From NCBI GenBank assembly GCA_965237955.1, contig OZ250169.1:5792001-5856000 (forward strand): DNA of 64,000 nucleotides, given 5' to 3'. A model generated the notes under the pieces. It did not search any database and had not been told where the DNA came from. It worked only from the letters and a program-made list of their open reading frames with translations. The stretch's first letter is position 1. Each line of letters starts with the position of its first letter. This document shows, in pieces, positions 52,062 to 61,589 of this stretch. The translations under genes were made by a program, and so were the position numbers. The stretch is from Candidatus Marinacidobacterales bacterium. GTDB taxonomy: Bacteria; Acidobacteriota; Vicinamibacteria; Marinacidobacterales; SMYC01.

Positions 52062-55000
52062 AGCTTCGCGAGCTCGTCCACAGAAACCTCGTCTACTTCT
52101 GGCGGACGAATCTGGCGGTTTTCGGCGGGGTGGCGGTCGCGGTCGGGGTCCTTACCGGAGCGCTCTTCGTTGGGGATTCGGTTCGGGGGAGTCTTCGCGA
52201 GCTGTTCTTGTCGCGACTCGGCAACACAGAAACCGTCATCATCGCCAACAACTTCCTTCGGGAAGAGCTTGCGAGCGACATCGGGGCGGACCCTGTACGT
52301 ACTGTCCCGCTCATAGCGTTCGTCGGAATGGTGACGCACGAGCCCAGTGGTCGACGAAGGGCGGATGTCCAAGTGTACGGCGTCGACGAGCGTTTTTGGT
52401 CGTTTCACGATGTTGGCAATCGTGAGCTTTCCGGGCGTGATGCGCTCGTGACCTCGAGTCTTCGAGATGAGCTCGGAAGCCGCGGCGGAGATGTACTGTT
52501 ACTTCGCGTCGAGCGTCCTTCCGCCGTCGCACGTGGATCGCTCCATGGTCTCAAGGAAGACAACGGCCGGACGCTGAGACTCACGGTGCGCGACGAGGCA
52601 GCGCCCGAGCTCTCGATGTATCCACAACAGGATGCGGTGCGGGCGGTGTTCGTGCCGCTCGCGCGGCTCCAGCGGGATCTCGGTCAGGAGGACAAGGTCA
52701 ATAAAATTCTCGTCGGAGGCGATCTCGATAGCGCGGAGGTTCGGGAGCGGTTGCGAACGAGCGCCAAGCTTTCGGATCTCGGCGTGCGTGTTCGTGTGCT
52801 CGAAGCGCGTGGGGCGCTCTCCGTCGAGTCGGACGCGCTGATGTTGAGTGAGCCTATCGTCGCTGCTGCTCGCGCGGAGGCAGCGGCGCGTAGCATGGCG
52901 TCGACCTCCATTTTCACCTATCTCGCGAACACGCTCGAGGTGGGTGACAGTACAGTGCCCTATTCGCTCGTGACCGCACTCGACGACAAAGCCTACACGT
53001 CACTCCTCGAAGGTGAGCGACCTATGTCGCCGAGCCTCGTTCTGAACTCGTGGGCGGCGTCGGACTTGGGCGCGGAGCGGGGTGATTCGCTCACGATGGA
53101 GTTTTACGTCTGGCGGAACGAGGGGCAGATCGAAACCCACACCGCGGATTTCGTCGTCGATGGCGTGATCGAGATGGAAGGGTGGGGGGCCGATCGTGAT
53201 GTCGCGCCCGAGTTCCCAGGCATCTCGGCGACCGAGGATCTCGCCGATTGGGACCCGCCATTTCCGATCGATTTGCGGCGTGTGCGTGACAAAGACGAAG
53301 ACTACTGGGATGAGCATCGGACGACGCCGAAGGCATTCATCCGCCTTGCTCGGGGTCAACGTCTTTGGCCGGTGCAGCAGGGGACACTGACGTCGTTTCG
53401 GCTCGAGAGCGATCAACCGACGGAAGACGTTTTTGATATCGAATCCGGATTGCGAGCGCGGCTAGACCCGCTCGACATGGGATTTTCCGTCATCCCCGCG
53501 CGCGTGGAAGGCGTTGCCGCTTCACGTGGGGCCACAGACTTCGGCGAATATTTTGTCTACTTCAGCTACTTTCTCGTCGTAGCCGCACTCCTTCTGACCG
53601 GGTTGTTCTTCAAGCTCGGTGTCGAGCAGCGCCTTCGCGAGATCGGGACGCTACGCGCAGTCGGTTTTTCCGTCGCCACCATCCGACGCGTTTTTTGGCT
53701 CGAGGGTGCGGCGCTGTCCGTCGCTGGAGGTATCGTTGGGATCGGCATTGCCTTGGGCTACGCGTGGATCGTCATGTACGGTCTTCGTACCTGGTGGGTC
53801 GACGCCGTCGGAACGCGTTTGCTCACACTTCACGTGAGCACGACGTCGCTCGTCATCGGCTTGGTGGGTGGCGTCACGGTGGCGAGTGTTTCGATCGCCC
53901 TGACGCTCCGGCACTTGGAAAAGATTCCACCCCGTCGCTTGCTCTCCGGAGACGTCGGACGGGAAACGTCGTCAACTGTCAGAAAGACCTCACGCAGGGC
54001 GGGGGTGACGGCATTGGTGACGCTCGCTCTTGGCATTGCGCTCGTTGCAGCCGCGAGCACCGACATCGGCATCATCAGTCAAGTGTTCGGGTTCTTTGGC
54101 GCGGGGAACCTGTTTCTGGTCTCGGCGCTCCTGTTCCAGTGGGTATGGTTGCGATCCGACTCGCAACGCGCGGTCGCCGGACACTTTGGCCAGGGTTTGG
54201 TGGCGATCTCACGCCTCGGTTTTCGGAACGCAACCTATCGGCCGGGTAGAAGCCTGGTCGCCATTGCCCTCATCGCCTTCGCGAGCTTCACCATCGTCGC
54301 CATGGACGCGTTTCGAAAAAACGATGACGCCATCGAGTTGGTGCGCAACTCGGGAAGCGGGGGCTATCCGCTCGTGGCCGAATCGCTGCTGCCACTCCAC
54401 TGGGATCCGAACACCGAAGAAGGCCGGGACGCGGCCAACTTGCCGTACCCGGGTGACCCGGATGCCGTCGACATGCGCATCGAGACGTTTCGTTTGCGAC
54501 CCGGTGATGACGCGAGCTGTCTCAATCTCTACCGTCCGCAGAACCCGAGAGTGCTCGCCGTCAGCGCGGAGTTCATTCACGAGAGCCGCTTCCGGTTCAA
54601 CGCCTCTCTCGCATCGACACCTGAGGAAGAGGAGAACCCATGGCTCTTGCTCAACGAGAGCTTCTCCGATGGTGCCGTTCCTGTTATCGGCGACGCCAAC
54701 TCGATGACCTATGTCCTCCATCTCGGACTCGGCGACGATTTCCTGTTGCCGCGCGTCGGAGAGACACCGTTGCGGCTGCGTCTGGTAGCGACTCTCGCGG
54801 ACAGCATCTTCCAAGGTGAGTTGTTGATGTCGGAAGATCGCTTTCTCACTCAGTTTCCGCGGGTCGACGGGTTTCGCTTCCTTCTCGTGGACACGCCAGA
54901 ACCGGAAGCCGCTTTGAATCTTCTCGAGCAACGTCTTTCGGATTTCGGCCTGGACGTGCAGTCGACGTCTCAGAAGCTCGCGGGATTTCACCGCGTGGAG

Positions 55001-55384
55001 AACACGTACCTGTCCACGTTCCAGACGCTCGGCGGGCTCGGATTGGTGTTGGGAACGTTCGGGCTCGCGGCGGTATTGCTGCGGAACGTTCTCGAGCGTC
55101 GCCGGGAGCTCGCGCTGTTGAGAGCGGTAGGGTATCGACACAAAGACTTTTCCCTCATGATCGCTGCCGAGAACAGCCTGCTATTGCTTCTGGGGCTCGT
55201 GACCGGAGGCGTCGCTGCGGTAGTGGCGATTGCACCGGCTCTTTGGGCGCGAGGCGGCAGTTTCGGGGGCGGCTCGCTCGGCCTCCTGCTGCTCGCCGTC
55301 GTTGTGAGCGGGTTTCTCTCATCCGTCCTTGCCGTGTCGGCAGTGTCGCGAGCACCGCTTCTCTCGAGCCTCAAAGCCGAATGA
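52058..55384 (+). CDS. Large duplicated FtsX/MacB-type ABC permease
   Basis: Two FtsX motifs (EQRLREIGTLRAVG, ERRRELALLRAVG) and two large extracytoplasmic domains. Confidence 0.9.
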   Translation: MKLRELVHRNLVYFWRTNLAVFGGVAVAVGVLTGALFVGDSVRGSLRELFLSRLGNTETVIIANNFLREELASDIGADPVRTVPLIAFVGMVTHEPSGRRRADVQVYGVDERFWSFHDVGNRELSGRDALVTSSLRDELGSRGGDVLLLRVERPSAVARGSLHGLKEDNGRTLRLTVRDEAAPELSMYPQQDAVRAVFVPLARLQRDLGQEDKVNKILVGGDLDSAEVRERLRTSAKLSDLGVRVRVLEARGALSVESDALMLSEPIVAAARAEAAARSMASTSIFTYLANTLEVGDSTVPYSLVTALDDKAYTSLLEGERPMSPSLVLNSWAASDLGAERGDSLTMEFYVWRNEGQIETHTADFVVDGVIEMEGWGADRDVAPEFPGISATEDLADWDPPFPIDLRRVRDKDEDYWDEHRTTPKAFIRLARGQRLWPVQQGTLTSFRLESDQPTEDVFDIESGLRARLDPLDMGFSVIPARVEGVAASRGATDFGEYFVYFSYFLVVAALLLTGLFFKLGVEQRLREIGTLRAVGFSVATIRRVFWLEGAALSVAGGIVGIGIALGYAWIVMYGLRTWWVDAVGTRLLTLHVSTTSLVIGLVGGVTVASVSIALTLRHLEKIPPRRLLSGDVGRETSSTVRKTSRRAGVTALVTLALGIALVAAASTDIGIISQVFGFFGAGNLFLVSALLFQWVWLRSDSQRAVAGHFGQGLVAISRLGFRNATYRPGRSLVAIALIAFASFTIVAMDAFRKNDDAIELVRNSGSGGYPLVAESLLPLHWDPNTEEGRDAANLPYPGDPDAVDMRIETFRLRPGDDASCLNLYRPQNPRVLAVSAEFIHESRFRFNASLASTPEEEENPWLLLNESFSDGAVPVIGDANSMTYVLHLGLGDDFLLPRVGETPLRLRLVATLADSIFQGELLMSEDRFLTQFPRVDGFRFLLVDTPEPEAALNLLEQRLSDFGLDVQSTSQKLAGFHRVENTYLSTFQTLGGLGLVLGTFGLAAVLLRNVLERRRELALLRAVGYRHKDFSLMIAAENSLLLLLGLVTGGVAAVVAIAPALWARGGSFGGGSLGLLLLAVVVSGFLSSVLAVSAVSRAPLLSSLKAE

Positions 55385-55463
55385 GTTGACGCTCCTCTCC
55401 GGGGACGCGACAATAACAGAAGGAATCCAGTTCCCACCAAATCCAGCTTCAAAGGACTCCGTT

Positions 55464-55994
55464 CTGACCGACTCTCACTCTTCCGACATCAGCGCCGAGC
55501 TGAAGGAATCGCTCCTGGAGGCTATCCAGGATTTCTTCGATGAGCGACTGATGCCGCAGCGGAAACCCGGGGCCGCCTCGAAGGTGGAGCGCACTCGGGT
55601 CACGGACCGTCAGCTGCAGCTCGCGACCGCGGTTTTGCTGCTCGAAGTCGCTCGATGTGACTTCGACTTGAGGGCGGACGAGCTCAATGCCGTGTCTCGT
55701 GGCGTGCGTGAGGTTCTCGGGCTGACGGAAGACGAAGCCGTCGCGGTCGTTCGTTTCGCCGAAGAGGAAGTGCGTCAATCGAAACGTCTCTACCAGTTCA
55801 CCGATCTCATCGACAAGAACTACTCGCCCGACCAGAAGAAACTCGTCGTCCAGTACCTGTGGCAGGTCGCGTTCGCGGATGCTCAGCTGGTCGCGACCGA
55901 AGAGTACATCGTGCGCAAGATCGCGGATTTATTGCACGTGTCGCTCGCTGATTTTCTCGACGCCAAAATCAACGCCCGCGATTCCTTTCGCTAG
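55464..55994 (+). CDS. TerB-family protein (start uncertain)
   Basis: [14 protein letters not shown]...LYQFTDLI...LWQVAFAD...[12 protein letters not shown]. Confidence 0.8.
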   Translation: MTDSHSSDISAELKESLLEAIQDFFDERLMPQRKPGAASKVERTRVTDRQLQLATAVLLLEVARCDFDLRADELNAVSRGVREVLGLTEDEAVAVVRFAEEEVRQSKRLYQFTDLIDKNYSPDQKKLVVQYLWQVAFADAQLVATEEYIVRKIADLLHVSLADFLDAKINARDSFR

Positions 55995-56055
55995 TCTGAT
56001 TTCGCTTGCGCTCCGGCTAGATTCGCGCGACACTTCGTGGCAACGGAGGGTTTCG

Positions 56056-56706
56056 ATGTTCCTTGCCAACAAGAAGCTGGAGTTCCCGACCCAAGACGAA
56101 GCGCTCCCCGGCCGCACGGAGACGATGGAAGTTCCGGACGCCCATTTCGTCAACGGAAACCCGTTGACGCCCCCGTTTCCGGAAGGCATGCAGAGAGCGC
56201 TCTTCGGCCTCGGCTGCTTCTGGGGCGCCGAGAAGGCGTTTTGGGACCTCGACGGCGTATTCACCACCGCCGTGGGGTACGCGGGTGGCATCACCCCGAA
56301 TTCCACCTACCAGGAAGTGTGCACGGGGAGGACCGGCCACAACGAGGTGGTGCTCGTCGTGTTCGACCCGAAGGTCATCTCGTACGAAGAGCTTTTGAAG
56401 ACGTTTTGGGAAAGCCACGACCCGACACAAGGGATGCGCCAGGGCGGGGATACCGGAACGCAATATCGCTCCGGGATTTATACCTACGGTCCCGACCAGG
56501 CGAAAGCCGCGGAGGCGTCGTTGGAACGCTATCAGGAGAAATTGCGCGAGGCCGACTACGATCCGATTACTACCGAGATTGTGGACGCACCGGAGTTTTA
56601 TTACGCGGAGGAGTACCACCAGCAGTACTTGGAGAAGAATCCGGGAGGGTATTGCGGTTTGGGCGGTACTGGGGTTGCGTGTCCCATGAGCCTCGCTGTG
56701 GAGTAG
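56056..56706 (+). CDS. msrA: Peptide-methionine (S)-S-oxide reductase
   Basis: [35 protein letters not shown]; GGAGG RBS. Confidence 0.97.
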   Translation: MFLANKKLEFPTQDEALPGRTETMEVPDAHFVNGNPLTPPFPEGMQRALFGLGCFWGAEKAFWDLDGVFTTAVGYAGGITPNSTYQEVCTGRTGHNEVVLVVFDPKVISYEELLKTFWESHDPTQGMRQGGDTGTQYRSGIYTYGPDQAKAAEASLERYQEKLREADYDPITTEIVDAPEFYYAEEYHQQYLEKNPGGYCGLGGTGVACPMSLAVE

Positions 56707-56842
56707 GCCGCAGTACGTAATCAAAGGAGAGCGGCAGCACCGGGATCTTCACGAGTATTTTCGCTTCGCTGATATCCAGACGTGCCTGATCGGTCTTAGC
56801 GCCGAAGCTCTTGGTCCGACGTAACGCGTCCAAGTTTCCCAC

Positions 56843-58156
56843 TCAGTTCCTTTGTTGTGCCGATGATGCTTTTCGAATCAGCTCGGCCACGTCCGTCAGG
56901 CCTTGCTGCTCCGCGTAAGTCCTCAACCGGTTCGATTCTTTCTCATCGATCGTGGCGCCGCGGTCCAACAGGCTTTCGATGAGATCGGAAAAAGCACCCT
57001 CGGCAGCGACGATCAGCGGCGTGCGACCCTTGGCATCTTCGACGTTGACATCGGCGCCCTCGTCCGCGAGCCGTTCGACGAGCCGGGTACGCCCCTCTTC
57101 GGCTGCTTTGAAGAGCGCGCTCGCACCGTGTCCGTCGGTCGCGTCGACGGACGCACCTGATTTCAGAACGAGCTCGACGATCGCTTCGTGCCCACCGTGT
57201 GCGGCGGCGATGAGCGTGGTCGTGCCGTTCTCCGCTTTCGAGTCGACCGACGCGCCCCGCGACAACATCGCTCGGGCGAGCTCGACGTGACCGCCGGTAG
57301 CGGCAAGGATCAGCGCAGTGCGCCCAAGGCGGTCACATTCGTCGATCGCTTGGCCGTGGTCGAGCATGGTTTCGGCAAGATCGACATGTCCGTACATCGC
57401 GCTTCGAAGAAACGGACTGAGCCCGTGACGATCTTTTTGAAGTGCATCGGCCCCGGCGTTCAATAAAAGCTCGACCATCGCGCGATTACCAACCGACGCA
57501 GCCGTCATGAGTCCGGTGCTGCCATCTTCTCGCGCGGCGTTCGCATCAGCGCCGATGTCGAGGAGCCGCTGTGCCAGCTCTCGGTTCCCCGACTCGGCAG
57601 CGAGCATGAGAGACGTCGTTCCATCGGCGTCCTTGAGGTCGACCGGAACCCCGAGCTCCAACAGGGCGGACACGACGTCGTCGTGGCCGTCGACCACCCC
57701 AAGCGTCAAGACGGAATGGCCATCGTCGTTTCGTGCAGCTCTGTCGGCACCGGCTTCGATCAGAAAGCGAACCGCACCGACTTGTCCGTTCTGACTCGCC
57801 ACCATGACGGGCGTATTGGCTTTGCGGTCTTTGGCGTTGATGTCTCCACCTCGAGCCAAAAGCCGCTCCAAGACTTCGGTGTGTCCGGCGAAAGCGGCGG
57901 CACCGACCGGTGTCACCCCGAGCGGGTTCCGTGTGTTCGGCTGCGCGTCGGCGTCGAGAAGAAAATCGACGACCGCCGTGTGACCTTCTTGCGCCGCGAG
58001 CATGAGAGCGGTCGCGCCTTGTCGGCCCCGCTCCTCCACGAAACCACCTTCGTCGAGTCGCTTTTTCACCGCGGCCAGCTCACCCGCATAGGAAGCCTCG
58101 TGGAGGGTTGGCTCGCGCGAGCCACGCTTGAAAAACCTCAGAATCAGCACACACAT
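56843..58156 (-). CDS. Ankyrin-repeat protein (~12 repeats)
   Basis: Tandem 33-aa G.T.L..AA..G...V..LL..GA units. Confidence 0.92.
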   Translation of the reverse strand: MCVLILRFFKRGSREPTLHEASYAGELAAVKKRLDEGGFVEERGRQGATALMLAAQEGHTAVVDFLLDADAQPNTRNPLGVTPVGAAAFAGHTEVLERLLARGGDINAKDRKANTPVMVASQNGQVGAVRFLIEAGADRAARNDDGHSVLTLGVVDGHDDVVSALLELGVPVDLKDADGTTSLMLAAESGNRELAQRLLDIGADANAAREDGSTGLMTAASVGNRAMVELLLNAGADALQKDRHGLSPFLRSAMYGHVDLAETMLDHGQAIDECDRLGRTALILAATGGHVELARAMLSRGASVDSKAENGTTTLIAAAHGGHEAIVELVLKSGASVDATDGHGASALFKAAEEGRTRLVERLADEGADVNVEDAKGRTPLIVAAEGAFSDLIESLLDRGATIDEKESNRLRTYAEQQGLTDVAELIRKASSAQQRN

Positions 58157-58177
58157 GGAATTGTTCGCGCTCCGAGT

Positions 58178-59620
58178 TTATCGCGAACGCCCTCGCGGCG
58201 TCTCCTTGAAGTGTTCCTTCCGCAGACCATGGCGCTTCATCATTCCGTAGAGCGTGCGTTCGTTCAGCCCGGCGAGGCGCGCGCTCTCACCGACGCGGCC
58301 TTTGGTCGCATCGAGGATGTGTTCGAGATAGTCGTGCTCGAACGCATGAAGAACCTCGACCCGCGCGGCAGAGAACGGCTTTCCCAGAAGCGACTGCCAT
58401 GCGGACGCGGCTCCGCTCTTGGAAGGAGTCGACTCGGTGTCGTCGAGCGTCCAGCTTTCGCCGCCGCGCAAATCGGCGATACGAATCTCGGATCGCGGTG
58501 CGAGCAAGACAGCCCGTTCGATGACGTTGATGAGCTCGCGGACGTTCCCCGGCCACTGGTGGCGCAGCATGGCCTGCATCGCGTCCGGCCGGAAACCGAC
58601 GACATGACGTCCGAGTTGGCGCCGACTTCGTTCGAGAAACGCGTGGGCGAGATCCGGAAGATCTTCGAGCCGCTCACGGAGCGGCGGCACCGTGAGCGTG
58701 ACCACGGCGAGACGATAGTAGAGGTCCGCGCGGAACGTCTTTTCGTCGACTTCGCGTTTCACTTCGCGGTTGGTTGCGGCCATGATGCGAACGTCGATCT
58801 CGATCGGCTTTTCGCTGCCGACGCGCCGGACGCGCCGGTCTTCGAGTACCTGCAGAAGCTTCACTTGAAGGTGGAGCGGCATCTCTCCGATCTCGTCGAG
58901 GAAAATAGTTCCGTGGTGAGCGAGCTCGAAGTAGCCGCGCCGCGCTCTCGTGGCGCCGGTAAACGCTCCCTCCTCGTGTCCGAAGAGCTCGCTCTCGAGG
59001 AGCGTTTCCGGAAGCGCGCCACAGTTCACGATGATGAACGGACCGCCGCTACGCCCGCTCTCTGAATGGATCGAACGCGCGAGGCGTTCTTTGCCGACGC
59101 CGGTCTCGCCGAGGATCAAAAGCGCGCTGTCGCCTTTTACGACGCGCCGCGCCATTTGAAGAAAGCGTTGCATCGTGGGACTCGCGGAGATGAAGTCGTC
59201 GAGCGTGGAGCGTTTCTCCGCGCGCTCTGCGCCGAGGCGCTCCAGCACCTCGTCGCCTTGGCGGCGGGCGAGCGAGATCAAAGCATCACCGAGGACCGCG
59301 TCGTCGAGCCCCAGCCACAGAACTGCCAGAGCGCCGGAAGCGAGAAGCTCGGCGCGTTGGTTCGCCTGGTCCTCGCGAGCGAGGACGATGACGCCGGGGT
59401 GTTCCGGGAGCGCTTGGAGGGAGCCGAGGAACTCTCTTGGCGATGCCGGCAAAAGGCTGCGATCGACTATCAAGAGATCGAAATCCTCTCGCGTCAGCTT
59501 CTCCCAGAGGTCGTCGAGGCCGCGCGCGCTGACGGAGGCAACTGCACCGTGGCGCAGGAGCCCGTCGAGACGGTCAGACGTAGGCTCGTCATCCGTTGCA
59601 ATCAAAACTCGGGTCAGCAT
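58178..59620 (-). CDS. Sigma54-dependent activator with an atypical receiver domain
   Basis: GETGVGKE, ESELFGHEEGAFTGA, FLDEIGE, WPGNVREL; Fis-like HTH. Confidence 0.93.
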   Translation of the reverse strand: MLTRVLIATDDEPTSDRLDGLLRHGAVASVSARGLDDLWEKLTREDFDLLIVDRSLLPASPREFLGSLQALPEHPGVIVLAREDQANQRAELLASGALAVLWLGLDDAVLGDALISLARRQGDEVLERLGAERAEKRSTLDDFISASPTMQRFLQMARRVVKGDSALLILGETGVGKERLARSIHSESGRSGGPFIIVNCGALPETLLESELFGHEEGAFTGATRARRGYFELAHHGTIFLDEIGEMPLHLQVKLLQVLEDRRVRRVGSEKPIEIDVRIMAATNREVKREVDEKTFRADLYYRLAVVTLTVPPLRERLEDLPDLAHAFLERSRRQLGRHVVGFRPDAMQAMLRHQWPGNVRELINVIERAVLLAPRSEIRIADLRGGESWTLDDTESTPSKSGAASAWQSLLGKPFSAARVEVLHAFEHDYLEHILDATKGRVGESARLAGLNERTLYGMMKRHGLRKEHFKETPRGRSR

Positions 59621-59720
59621 TGCTGATTTACGCCTGGGAGCATTGATTCAGCAATATATACCTGATTAAAGCAGGTGTCAAATACCGATCCTGGCGGTTG
59701 CGTTCTAGCGATGCTAATAG

Positions 59721-59761
59721 AATCAGTTACTTACGAGGACAGCGCCTGGCACCTTTCTTGC
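59721..59761 (+). promoter_or_regulatory. Sigma54 promoter with upstream IHF-like site
   Basis: TGGCAC-CTTTC-TTGC at 59747-59761; AATCAGTTACTTA at 59721-59733; divergent from the activator gene. Confidence 0.8.
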
Positions 59762-59791
59762 CTATAGGGGGGTAGCAGGAGGAGCGTAATT

Positions 59792-60112
59792 ATGAAGCTA
59801 CGCACACACCGAGGCGACGAGTTCCAGCCGCAAATGACCGACGAGCGCAAGCCCCTACGCCCGGTCTACGTGACGCTGACCCGGCGACCCATCAAAGTCA
59901 CCAAGCCGATGTCCTTGGGCGGCGAAACGTTGCCCGTCCGCCGAACCCGGCTAGCCGTCCCGCAGCCGCTCCCAGCGCGGCCTGCGGCTGCGACCACAAG
60001 GGATGGCCACAGAGTCACAGCGCGGCGGAGCCGCGCTGTGCTAACCCATAGAAGCTTCCATTTCTTGCAAGAAATTGGGCGGCGGTGGTCGGATCAGCCA
60101 GACGGTAAATGA
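59792..60112 (+). CDS. Small basic hypothetical protein (true end possibly ~59954)
   Basis: AGGAGGAG RBS and ATG after the sigma54 promoter; 3' half runs through palindromic repeats. Confidence 0.55.
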   Translation: MKLRTHRGDEFQPQMTDERKPLRPVYVTLTRRPIKVTKPMSLGGETLPVRRTRLAVPQPLPARPAAATTRDGHRVTARRSRAVLTHRSFHFLQEIGRRWSDQPDGK

Positions 60113-60268
60113 GTTAGCAGAGGACACGGCGGCGAGGATTTTGGACGGTCCGTACTGAGAATGGGATCGAGGCGCCAAGCGGCGAGTTCCACAGAGCTGA
60201 TGGCTGATGGCCCGCGGCGGCCAATTGGTTGCGGCTCCGCCGCGCTGTGTCTTGGTGTCTCTGTGGCC
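60005..60268. repeat. MITE/REPIN-like element
   Basis: GGCCACAGAG..CACAGCGCGGCGGAGCCGC inverted as GCGGCTCCGCCGCGCTGTG..CTCTGTGGCC; 22-bp core also at 13179-13200. Confidence 0.7.
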
Positions 60269-60498
60269 AAACGTTTTTCCAGCTTTATGGAGCGAAGAAA
60301 GACTGTCACGTGGGCGACAACCCAAATGGGCTACCGGAATCACAAATCGGGCCACGGGCGTCGTCACTTAATTGGTGTCGTATCAGCGAGTTCCGGCAGT
60401 TGAACGCCGCGTTGCCGTGAGGTGACATTTGCGGGGCGACTCGTCAAAGCGAAAACTTCGTAGTTGTACCCCAAATGGGGTGTGGCGGATTTCCGGTC

Positions 60499-61523
60499 CT
60501 ATGGATTCACTTGCGGGATCGCCTCGAGCATGCGGCGCACGAGCGTAGCTTGACGGTGGGTTCCGGTCTTTCGCTGGATCTTCTTCAAGTGAAGCCGCAC
60601 GGTATGGACGCTGATGTCGAGATGAGCGGCGATCTCGTCGACCTTGTGACCGACCGCGAAAAGTGATCCTACCCGGGCTTCAGCCGGCGTCAGGTCGAAG
60701 GCGTCGATCAAGAGCTCTGGTGCCAGGGAGCGCTCCTGACGCTCGCGCGCAATGTACGCGACGGCGCGATCGCGGCCGAGTCCGCGGAGCCAAAGCGTCG
60801 CTCCGGAGGCGAGCGGTTGGCCACACAAGGATCGCTTTTGGCCGGACGTTGCGCTTTTGAGATTCTGCTGGAACGTCTGGTTGACGTTGCAGTTCGGGGC
60901 GCACAGTTTGCCGTTTTCGTAGACGAGCCCACACTGTCCATCGAGGTAGTCGAGCGCGGCTTGATTCGCGTACAGCACGGTGGCGTTGGTGTCGAGAAGC
61001 ACCATCCCGGTGGAGAGCTCATCCAGGCACGTGGTGAGATTGTCGTGCTCCCGTTGGAACGCTTCAGCTGGAAATGGAGCACCAAGGCACGATGGAGGTG
61101 CGGCAGCACAGCGCGGAGCAGAGCCCGGTCATCGGCATCGAGTGAGCGCGTCTCGTCGGCGAAAACCTGAACCCCCGTTGGCGCGGCGCCGTAGGGCTGG
61201 AGTTGCGACCAATCCTCCACGATCTCGCCGGAAACGTAGGCGATGGCGAAGCTGCGTTTGGAAAGAGCTTTGTTTTCGAAAACTCGACTCGGGTTGATGG
61301 TGTCGAATCTGCTCCCCGGCGCATCCAAACACACGTAGCGCGTCGGTCCGAAGCCGTGGATGACGAGGTTCGAAGCGCGATGCCCGACACTCGCGGCGAG
61401 CGCGTCGAACCAAAACGGCCAGCGGGACGGCTCGGCTGCGGCCTCGTACAGGAGCCCGATGAGCTCGGACGGCGGAAAGGCGGAGGTTTGGCTCGGCTGA
61501 AATTGCGGGTCCAAGGTGCTCAC
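60499..61523 (-). CDS. LuxR-family HTH regulator with PAS-like domain, frameshifted near 61058
   Basis: LIGLLYEAAAEPSRW N-terminus; LPHLHRAL; second frame FDLTPAEARV...IAAHLDISVHTVRLHLKKI. Confidence 0.8.
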
Positions 61524-61589
61524 GTCGGTACCCTCCTCGGAGGATAAGACGGGACTCAGCGCCGAGATTCTACCGACAAAATGTAACGT

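Noticed and set aside
55464-55994. Tellurite-resistance or defence locus
   Set aside because: Solo TerB-like gene with no other ter genes; common on chromosomes
60040-60118. Integron attC site (GCTAAC...GTTAGC)
   Set aside because: Does not fit RYYYAAC/GTTRRRY, is single, and no integron integrase is present
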